From Barthelona sp. PAP020 (Eukaryota): DNA of 64,000 nt. Both the position numbers and the translations under genes were made by a program. The stretch covers positions 1-64,000 of the forward strand of contig JARQWU010000019.1 in assembly GCA_040182905.1 (NCBI GenBank), written 5' to 3'. Positions 63,701 through 64,000 of the stretch are shown here, in pieces. Within the stretch, counting starts at the first letter, position 1. Each line of letters begins with the position of its first letter. The notes beneath the pieces are model-generated. The model had not been told where the DNA came from, ran no database searches, and worked only from the letters and a program-made list of their open reading frames with translations.

Positions 63701-64000
63701 TAGAAACATTTGCCAGAGTACAGTTATTGTCAAAAATCAATTTCAAATTGGTAACAAAAATGTCACTAATATTAATAAAAGATGGTTCTGAAAAACTCAT
63801 ATTACTCAAAGTACCAACTAAACTGTCAGAGATAGTCAAATTACCTTCACAAAATAAATCAATGTACCCTCTGAAAGGATACAATATAACAACAGGTTTC
63901 TCTAATTCAGGTATCACCATTGAACCATCTTTTATCCAAATGAAACCATGTTTTGTTATTGAAAAATGATGTAATCCTAACACATCCATCCTGGGGAGAT
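33741..64000 (-). CDS. Giant cell-surface protein of at least 10,082 aa: beta-helical passenger-like repeats + pectin-lyase/PMP-like block + Cys-rich repeats + multi-TM C-terminus; probably 5'-partial
   Basis: 30-kb stop-free frame still open at the window edge (LPR precedes MDVLG, no signal peptide). Beta-strand-rich N/I/F/G periodic sequence with very many NxS/T sequons. YISSDGND..CCGGKASPCLTF at about 37335-37405, FxxN..GGVI/VV repeats at about 35820-36240, CxxCPxG repeats at about 34900-35490 and about 9 hydrophobic helices at about 33900-34890. Confidence 0.92.
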   Translation of the reverse strand, partial: LPRMDVLGLHHFSITKHGFIWIKDGSMVIPELEKPVVILYPFRGYIDLFCEGNLTISDSLVGTLSNMSFSEPSFINISDIFVTNLKLIFDNNCTLANVSIFDIRHSNITFNTSHDVVIDQMIMYSSFRDGHDVINVSSIFQWYGGGFLDNVRMNLFGESTVFKISDFYLGYSSVITNYGLLKFVEQKSYVTLDSMPWAVLNIENDAKFINMPLGTVSFETNFILSQTGENSSLLNYGNLRAYCHLNLGSYSLNEYSFDIMTFEEHRDQERFILFDNFENIGIFKISGSSLMVGDKFTNFNYVGIYDSAAVTFRSIVDTRNIHSVWNIVDGRVIFGEGGYHEGDFFIKSIDSFLHIIAMSSDIVNKYSGETVSVTPINKALTFANETSINACEGTFALDGFTGDFYGNFTGCSVLTIKNSRIVFNNTANITVDKMYIVNSVVYFDNVSIDCMESIVKTSTIHYIDLHNSINSTQLELSDSNIYFDTGLPVYMYNVTFYGTEFYGSDELHFLDVLVVDSSSFHNNLAIVNYGILTFKKSPVNFHENVRLFNKNLIYILQDDYPNHNKYFMVEFGPTAYLNNSGIMYIDSRWELYDGVFYNYGDMYIYRNILSETKSIFLNKGNIYFDCSSFAYRPEIKIHSFINYGFISTCREIVFKKDDLSTISEPSKFENYNLIHFNSTVDMQINYYEHDNATTELFNNTFIIREGIEIHGEFKALASSYVKFYSGISYLQGYFESSGALTIYTHSKVYCIGCDFNFTEKNQVFVYGYLKFNNSANIYNTSNFYLSNSIVHFNNLNTNLKLNNVIVDRANLNIDLPLESFINFLELINGGNRTNIGYLNVYKMKWNKGCFVDKGITRILNDSSIIDSELLCLDKETTLINNGIMTLLTDENQPKNLSDWKYLEIKIIENSMLINNQTLNITCNSNFSIDGNIQNTINGEMYIWGSVNIENTFINNGYLYINSYELYLKQWHIISVLNLINNNYLESAHSVHFAIPDSLTYEQVSFHNYARINFIDNSVILFDLKFSCFNKSNFNNIVVFHNDISLIDSNFIANDAYLMEYFENEQKFVMINSTIEILFLTMNSVYYIDQNVNSLINETINELSNRSNSFKFDQSYISLFMNNSLFIIDIFDLKHGNSSFINSETSIRLVCLDFTDNNTFSNSTISNKEYFIDNSHIYFKNNQNSMEINSITSNNSYIDFQSNEDVTIRNSHLINTVLNGTDHLILMSVSQFEKVSIFGNLYIKNIKTLWFNTGDIILDGNIFIYNENDFYFSNDATTTYQKLIISENSRIINNNDMLITSYWEIVGGTIINNGVFNVKSNCKLHLLVENEITGSVYFLQNTNFIVELKEFVNYGEVQILINLLFNSFESSHDCYFINYNQFLVSSNVILNMYVNYTEVSQKGYTINKGGINFYHQTELLNVLGCSGTYIRFRDIGNEKNNVHLLSYNVMDISETCEISVINTKLLMKQTSFYYLPSILICLSSYVDIDLFSDITAIKGIRTTSSTLVFNILTNPLSLHLIEQKYGNTIFNTNENVNILKYELIEGNRSGFDTIIVENFTIQDGVFVGDKQKNSLNIVTRKGILKGLENYILANSSIVNQAVDDFDFITKLEIPSDFDDWNIEVTRIYIEKDGNLVNEATINMLCPITIFQNYSFVNTIKGKLNVYVHLRMSDEFLNEGDIYFYSLDNFEDEMKIIQLGNWTNEGLIYGNSTLKFTHFYDLNCKITSILNKNVFNFYDSKYVVIETFYHDLSNSDFNIIQFTNNVTLDKSTIFAKQFLTKSKCVEAEIFVENSILTVSIFKNVQTFGRIISSTFVNLTLLTFDKASSFNNWYFYDINFTATTVCDFDFTLIFTQDVYFEKINLLVALTLQGKYDMMNWVDVYSGCRIEDINLQDEAILRVYDASFIDDITRIYLKSTSTLTMNNTIFYEDIKAIHIESKSFMEVQHFKGVNILDVDILSNSEVIFGNFTEINTLNDVYIYKYSVLDIFNAFIDTFGNLYGNVNTQIKMNATEVNKIDSLLLIGSSIDIENSTIHFIEYGKISDSIVSVSKNFTQFFWNHSVFVDSQLILENANNSIFNELNFTNSQRFGNSDVFINKLNWFSGKFTGNSSSTMNFTNIHTNNYITINNNHVMNFLIDTTIIQTTETLNYKYLTVKNNSTMNNYGLFHLQQDISVLCDDSIEHIVLTNFNHLNVSRSLLTKCSTVSHGVFNVSMSKFDVITLAIQNLVTTNVFETHVATHIKGNPNRNGIFNITHSHVNFEGEYIDVQSEFYGYFNSTVIINVDRLVFYDGGYFDGIMAAKNVSDVFIPFKDTIESVNVTFGYSNEPIFNSLIFGVNSEFHMDEFMVNCENSCNISFEGIVDIPMDLYVKGGNVTFEDNSFVKVIQNIFIYDGHVMFYKGLNIIDLQTVMLYGGTIRFDTLFNASIVDFYLFDGFRLGKDILNVKNSLHWRGGGFGDHTYTVNLNEAYFYRSLTSILAYNATLVNAHHAIFPPSIDDPVELANKFAEFRAEDEARLINTHNSLIEILFKLKLRAQPDNNLTNAFIINYGTIFIQADSNVSMIVHNYDNFTVTNGFIVLARGGFSSKLLYQMMAVELSIGEHFYINSSSIWQVLSGTLSFITLNANMHVYGECVFDDLNVITDKRTNGIEQDNFGNVFFNPNISFSQGSNIILSGPNITFFEQEYPVGFDEFRIRLGYAIFLNDQPVEVNDLYIIGGYRGGSDVLVVKNYTYWQKGGLCHDGITINLGVTDFYDPLQSLFPAGFVPPFFSPINIELLNTSIYENRGYAKTTGKTKFIGDAGAQFINVGTFILGYQSTWVASDQSANLYGVPDIVEYKFDNDTFYVNEFNFLPKLTNRGLLSGVPDALNMKVSWRYFQESNLTYANMKSFSAFKGGMAIDGQINVTKKLVIDEDYVFEENSALVGHDVEVSFNENKTIIFAGEFCLTGDSTVNGFGAVVFTPTATFCSETSISLCEVNITVFGVQNAGHVILDCGSCRTGTGQLNVKNLTVVNGCLKDGSTYVEDTVKFVDKTKMKRIIDSHLVVSKYFTSDIDVSIDLFGNGRITNTEEAFMELKGGVSFNGGFVYNYGLIEKVFCADFSRVFLNTSIIQYHSGVLLISKGEFTFDHNLSMFDGLFILDEEGILPIEEDTHIKGYNTASFNLICGGNLLFDEDKSLFFEGLQFNHSNECSYKQTNGHLIFDANAIVHDFVLEIYDQSVKFLNIDCKNHEFNQIILLNQGNLDVSISSCPLIINNFTIYNGSLSGNGHLITNTSFINTVYADTLFVTWYDTWLVGENVKRTFNNLTLEINGSSTLITESIDFIDSFVLITQNESLFHIIGNDTGLFGVNSTFIVYEGEFKAGLGNTVMNLSLINYNIVTLNNTMEIYGNIVNFKCFNLTKFGFVANFGAIKSFDIVNLLGKWIDSGMFLTLSGNIYLPNESVVMSTKTSNFTIFNSTSTLMDFKRIDGLLQVQQSRLFTLNISFIGGELKVNHSKIDDSTIYEANHAEFVFSEESYLYQINWVLKNETNVLIIGSKAYLSISSHLVMDLSNFNVVDMFNFVLEPMKIELYNNSSFVLDSDSNSIYGIVVNISNSHFKTGIMKPEPQMLFEHISSMSMIGENSTLEFVAGTIGHLDMYSGKFNGGEFWISNLIMTSTGTKTFANNVLVHSYRSILWDEGTVFGEDLVELLIEEDSIFTMNLDDEIMNVISSVYEERALLNVIGTILIQGKVTILWRMHLNTANVTIDKDSIAILDGNVTTDTSLESTNLTISQNAILEVHSGFEFKENCGIEGEGTFLISNDTSYVILDGYLSILGAVIITDGLLDLRDTNIGYLPLEWIGGIVLMNEVYGKDIFIEIVIYDDHYAWIEDNKLNSVRILYQYDKLVEYGPCNIGLVVHEHCYDNATTVFHKDSKISVLQFKDIQGGSIVFEEDSSSTISELNIHGGVTNISSNAHVTFANDVKMDGNGRLLLYDGGVVGEQQIYEKIFINNSANLTIFSLNDNYIHLKELTMDETAILRENNGFAVNITENWNFYGGIIDKNSTISLTNDVFVNISSKVIKTLDENAVIHLFDGVIHMESVKDCFDCGLIDFKNGSKLVLDSSLAHLEIAHIGSSVTLGNNKVTNRVTDFWQISENLGLINVSFGASISIFDNTTLQVPLFVDEYSTMTLTANLTVNTPMRIEGKLICDGGIIYVNSHVIFDDDAEIYGFNCVIYVNTEGYFEIIQAVADYLKVIVDGVFLLHPSGYIEQLQLQTVMGKSTVDGVVNKFDGSVDAHSGELLLSNTIVFHSLFVNDGHAVFYYSLTVMFAKYSIILTNGGVIDIQENVNDFDADNLSIIVNNGIINTNNSYSKNISQIIANGGQLCVQANVIDVTNLTINGANILTKMNGGIRLFDQGYFYKGQIYQTFDAVFNIFVSKIANFDVIPGNCSANSSSVTFGHDSVNHVFCSIVEVEGKMTIHGSTIVMGENVLFNISTGILSFDNTMCSDVGIMLQQTIAASQENGDYVAKIVSNNSINIMVKTHQLTSEIVWYIQNGTLNALYSEINIVNSMHGYSYNVCAWHLIYGQISFENSTFNVNNMLKLYQGCSFDVDSMSFINVLNTGSYLLDGTSSVLGKIVIHEGFVRISGICTQLTVYLLYSVKSEIKFINSSKISNLYVYNDQGRVEFTDSVKIQGLRHLISNNGTITMKNQVYVLFGFNSNITIHHQTNMTVHKDVKFDSRLQTLTISEHSFYNSFMIDVADVTVLFVGSSSIFTHSGNFIVETLSVDNAIVGIENSVYDERPVITAVFLQFMNAHIHGPRLFTVYEHLTFPQVSTDEITADVEINTYRYYAYHKKLTLHESVLITIENYFWAHPQQNIEYLSVGNGFATFNSKYTTDIQTISSNLFKFSAYLYAHGPNTKVGQVVFKNVTFENTLIDLLEGCQTSVQNGDFSVKSTTLQNKGTLRIVSSIGNFTNVIVNLPYSGISFGNSETHFIESSIISMNLTVTNSLSFIYLPSSTCIDKISFNVFNKDGRIVFNAIRAVESNFIPHIPKIIHEVGTIDFIECAVDFDNSTIILNKPDLPSSPYINFYNGSFQNRINKIIVNDGVFTVYPDVDNTIIVFYEVFSIQNLEIGRTSSFRIGTFNFSGNYTLDVKEFVLNGGSRVGKSDIHAESITLFAGSMSGVAETRSLNILNIDGCFPTACLLDDKHILSTDGITVFENGILNMGKNSKIHNLLNGNFTLAGGAINPVIGASGEYLPIVINDGYFRKSGISDFTLKTSLYNNFQSVFEIYEGNLTIGTDSFNDGRFILKNATILRLEGRFTFKEHSIFNGDILSALNLPILASNVTLGGEFIHLGNVTVDAGLLSVPDSATIKEMHLIMNGGVTKFLSGSEIPYVELIVHNGHVMFLKGCVVTAISAVTQSGGLIEIFENANVAITGMTLFSTGGEFRLNDGVSADLKDSQLSLFGGVFNVGERSAISFSTELLEIKNGGAFYFNSTIDVHIHTLFIESGFVSHNTSMYVINSTFGDGELKHAGFTEAIYATFVGDFKLRNPHIFEVNKTFVFNGGSLTLGCDSTVTVDQQCEMIVKETGSIKSESSCFAQLINLGNITKLNEGNFVLSLALYNMPSGFINISKGIFIVSNDVGFVTHFGKWHSNALTQSKGVVLFNPNSIFEGNFEQQNDGILTNEGLVNGFIKVKSGRFIQHGNSELLKVENMDRVVFDTSFDKNLTLIINSMFKIVDVSIANSKIDNLYINYDAVSYKTYIYLTLEAKVNFRNFTLMKTYFKASYSYISFDSDMLITNSDFIIYHILTADYKMNEFKSFGSNIVFNESDSTIFNDVKFYFYDYSDLIIYKQGFTEFYATHMEFENSDFTNLDESIIHFNDLHIFNSKWNVTNEIFVVHGNVALWNVSTIDDSKITLIDVVFEQQNVFYNMLIDVKLVHLKSIIHLFNSIINVLTDGQLYVVEEVFAFGDEHSSIINNGKFITLAIFRQYVHVESRYDILINESWYNNDNFTNFGIVNAYRPIVSNSSLVFKDTTTSTHLLLETTTVNANIFVDGEIELLHLIHRLGKVNFASGNMKTFIVEAYENFEVSEFNINRFNLTIFGAEVLIDSSNIDEWYWTNIDDANLVFQNSIAHFNTRDHHFVKSTFICGMNSVAKIRDGLFFEETFFKVMNGANIIFYDSLISFNKSSSEFFKNTLKFEANLVANESDIQFYEQNDVIINDLIVGKSVLKTNGTINIKHFSTFDNVDFGGGGVYLIYNGNINHEITIENASSIRISESMVLNANVHLESNSFINNKGLFMLFDDIVIFNEEEMVSIINSGNFTQLNGSLNIHGIFENDNVVNQINGYLTLYSQVYSTKILEVNGMLFIKSKFWSNYTYSKIVVTENGQIYNNDDGYLNCTNILEVNGSIRTYGVIEITQTEYNITELSAFDSATVMILESSGNIKKIFGDVSLHALKSDLQFGIIDCKDSFIQLDRSDVWLKEITLYNSEFYISKNASWLYSENISAVLSLLHFDAESNSIYADTITEEQSILSLTNLIEFDVKNITLQDESTLMLASHADKISNMWSVDHLKLVKSYLNSSVHLHGNWGIFHHSILRDDGLSVLKFMNISERLVVESPHRVIIENELYLINADFIIDCNSVFEIGESATMYLISGKIHSLDDCLPIIISKGQIIKRTSSVFEVDVFLRILNGSLNIEGPLEVTKLENNAVIRGTTNNVLTIIKELVTSNSSIVYGYSTITMNNGIAILSGKLENESKLVFSSSNVFSNELIMNNTKIHIINCDFVVESGNGSVSLQSDNSYMSVTDSSQLSFIDNSKFSNNAVLIVDDESIITFNNKSYFESCNITLKGWAKINSTKEGEFSDSLLNIEENGIYYGNASFINSNISLIHGNGIFNASNIFLLNSTMKIVGESTTKLNSLSSKHSIISVKHDYQINNLILREENKFEGNGELVVFTGLIGDNVNFNDYLSIIIKNKVDVVDSTWLFDNNIVKIEKDAVLYLEQNNYFGNDSFNGKIINNGKIVQKNGLWVVKVFILNEEEFIQETGQVDFYIPFISSKQVFINGIWNVFVGFETTDKLLVGNFGSLTIHSNSWFNISNYVDSAGHITVKGNMYCNFAEIFLIELNVIDGYLETNNSVINITKFEGFGNIFIYNNKFNSDFIKLTDDSNIYVTKTLSFIQNLTLSDSKIFISNETIIDLYNGEFIKSLLHLNEGDGFSNETSLILRESKMFIYDCSNTHLKHLQLFKSSIKIDYNYWIENLTNFDSVYEGNGILIIVNGKSEHEFIMKDNIQIFFKENNKFFCSDGRFLFEGTNMMMNNGTIIVNNNFVFDTNNSLHEQLFTNNGEIIQLDSQLVVVVLLVNNEQANITNINGSLVLVGDIVSKGIIDVKREFIVTGNLNSSGVLKIHSNARMNNYGNTLLENDLNNEGKIFSSNLLKTNNLRGFSNEIESPAGHISFYNTTIEINSWIAQSFIMELNQTKMKCNMMELTDTKNYINDSLVSIDILKGVAIELFIHNNAIMNITNGHFIASEAHLIHGNGFSDESSLLFEYNSIFNVSGLSSTKLKHLEMVYSTLITNIQYQIQHINLTDANTLSGSGNLTIVDGDLFGSVVFEDELLLNTLGNVNVIGEIHLIMSANNTILNEGMMILMNEVFLSENEKEGNIINQGTIIQINGSLITNAILYNFHNWVQENNATTSFFHVFNEGNMTLDGVVHVYAYLNSDNYLHMSDDGFMFISSEAILNITNIFINKGKMKLIGNMYSHDADLFIQTLKSDEGNIFFNTTNVVFDKLYGKTNVFVWDSKLSIVQINLIGSKMINRRSDVKVLNASLAQTEIESKYCNFTFENEGFVVFETVNFVASPNNMSLLSDTVVLDKTTLNVDYLTAMNVSNITMINFSSLILSKGNECLHSVNYWKIVDSVVYHRTEWHLMEMICERCSILGDGSTWIDILQPKEKLIVGKQLIHIAKQARFNNFLIVEIDCNGQIEIVKNAAFILEDCFITGNRSCLAGISNYGSIYKENGDSTIETTLINNEFVNIIDGNLTISDFMNNGTIVGESGLLRNFETFTSTSSSKISGTFDFVFVDSNIELRGYIYQRYNPIQFFRTVTLFKELETFDAFFEFMDSVVTATSHNGNISVILDTSNMNISDSCNIKYLNMQSQNSKLSIDGETSIYFANMELFDTKFNVSGDANVSVNFIHALNSDVVVQTTKKLMIVDFVSDFSGVVSHSDIEIKNLTIESSRLTLHETVNSNKILMNNSIISGTATVHSDSCKSANVTYKDDIKHNIQNLQQNDHFSLIDNADVKIFANGSLAGFISMNHSSVIKLMGIIEVADNLTVEGFSENHLLDIEGQLNMNKTFVNISHVNMYLIGKLCLNDSTFLNSNGILEFEESSVIAIDDKSIANFDSKFSHIGSIHMNGTLLLHNSTILCGSYDGNGILKFFDGIHSIVGELTNTLTISNAGDLILKPLKTEQDIFVNNHNYLKVFADIKTLRVNMHEGSFKINSTIYELITTIYDGEITLVEKGYADIDRLIIYGGSIFAFDESVFNFTDSILIMNDGFALFDSEKTIFKDTSVIVHDGSFFLDILNIDLKDVFIDGGIFSANANIFVDNITVNDGKLLVKNGTFEYLSLNGGETFIKNGSITEIKLTGNSFIYNSTLNVKNPIRSQNSVCNLDNSTLMLASEWTYTTHFICNEKSQLFVEEIILIDGNSVMECTVNIKKGVIAKNGSLSIKDIKLGEDIILEGGAFGTTKNFTLLNNHVIKGYGAFIGNLTSESEIYSSSLITFDNLSLTPDAIMWSYFFNMTSYSYFDIKGHGDLNGRYILQFTIPDYLEAQSNWPLIKYKSHEGTFIDTELQCDALFLFLYEEKKFFAQLGSSIDNSVGPFAYISSDGNDNLCCGGKASPCLTFDFVLRHRINRNAKIFMLPGTYSKVLPLILNKRDISIEAVKINETDSVIIDCQPDQKVLLNNVGLSREVNISNITFKDSKNTILVRNSKINFNNVSFINSSHVNSVGIKIISSEINGSNFTLKNIHRKEAIMLVNSNMNLMSLNIEETTSSGFGVFKIDTSELIIRYVNVKDCWDDRKETIIFILEQGLMNLQQLYVSNVSLSALSYGMDSVMELTMQTKLNLSNFDTIFSYESCTVQLNDISFVSGEAKNSDLIRAISSSISLNKVEGKDLTLNNQLILTKHCINIFENVKFESIEGKRFISLLNSSTVVYNGEMKNSHIDEVFYGAGGFIHFNNLQILNLVSENSLVVGKCFVDNIPTIKITNCFFQKCISKTNGGVISHEGILMIDSSIFEDNHASEFGGVVFSLGGDLTITDSKFVRNSVNKIGGVIAQIDVNTLHNYGITGELPQLYNFYTNDFVNTASNKSNISNSTFTENNAGIVGGVMFSNHKELPAVFNNIATGNSALMFGNIFSSDPRFLNASLISNNKDTLTDPIHTIEVFVTDGYGNSITNDITRKVGVVPKSNIAIKGTTMSNTVNGVGSIPEMIVSGTPAIHEIVVEASGLVSSSVFVEIIVCKEGEGVYNGKCEICPFGTIAPIASSHACTSCDEGYWTNAEGSTKCVACLAGSYRIAGMNGCERCDAYSINTIPGSTKCELCEANMVASEDRTVCQCKGDLFEFEKGICSPCPVGMKCYGGNVTCIEKGFYRAVDGSVQMCPTDGCLGTCDRLNNTNLEEEIEEECGEGFVGVGCSNCDKGYTNFAPYCLKCPSVPFITIYSVAASCVLVSLFIFMIVDGTKGFKYSAIYFPFIRFFQLLAILQRAAPLVVPGLLHGVFTIIDEIFLDIGHIKLLACSVPIAKSIYLPIAVIYATILVFGILYWIHPFMKKLYNLVIYVIIVPLIVTCVEILSINNLNATLVIANYPDIVLFSNEYWKAVGFSLPGLIFTFVIIRNYHNKIVIEGEEDEKEKMRIDPKESIRRIYKNLSTTPEIYYSTFVVLFSLISYVLIRMRLLQQTLLLVLTITMLIIHVRLNPFDYEICHRLATSHYFTLIVLLSFWFCYWLDSSIKSSDSFSSFCNFIFAMMVIQVVSTLLYTFFIIAHGRLTTNTQKLFRNSLHRHNSLRNPIVQQTSKQEFDVENFWNDLKVQNPSEMSSFGLYQ

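Noticed and set aside
34562..63969. Numerous 60-113 aa ORFs opposite or inside the giant gene
   Set aside because: Antisense shadows with no recognisable domains; many start at non-ATG codons.

Overview
Very AT-rich, gene-dense eukaryotic DNA with no evident introns. The long ORFs are uninterrupted and end in TAA, TAG or TGA, so the standard code applies. This fits a compact protist genome; a free-living or anaerobic metamonad-like organism is an unverified guess. The left half carries a bacterial-type MDR oxidoreductase, a 1009-aa polytopic membrane protein, midasin (MDN1/Rea1) and a decayed zone with an ankyrin fragment and tRNA-Thr(AGT). It also holds Rheb, three hypothetical proteins, a secreted poly-serine protein, a membrane-anchored Moco-sulfurase-like PLP enzyme, a frameshifted WD40 gene, an ElaA-type GNAT, a SANT/Myb protein and a syntaxin-16 cut by an assembly gap. 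The right half (30 kb) is a single ORF of at least 10,082 aa that probably begins beyond the window. It reads as a very long bacterial-style beta-helical passenger followed by a pectin-lyase/PMP-like block, Cys-rich repeats and about 9 TM helices. Three diverged copies of an unannotated non-coding repeat (about 205-670, 18845-19159 inverted, 31899-32104) were found by eye. Family assignments rest on motif recognition only; no database search was run.
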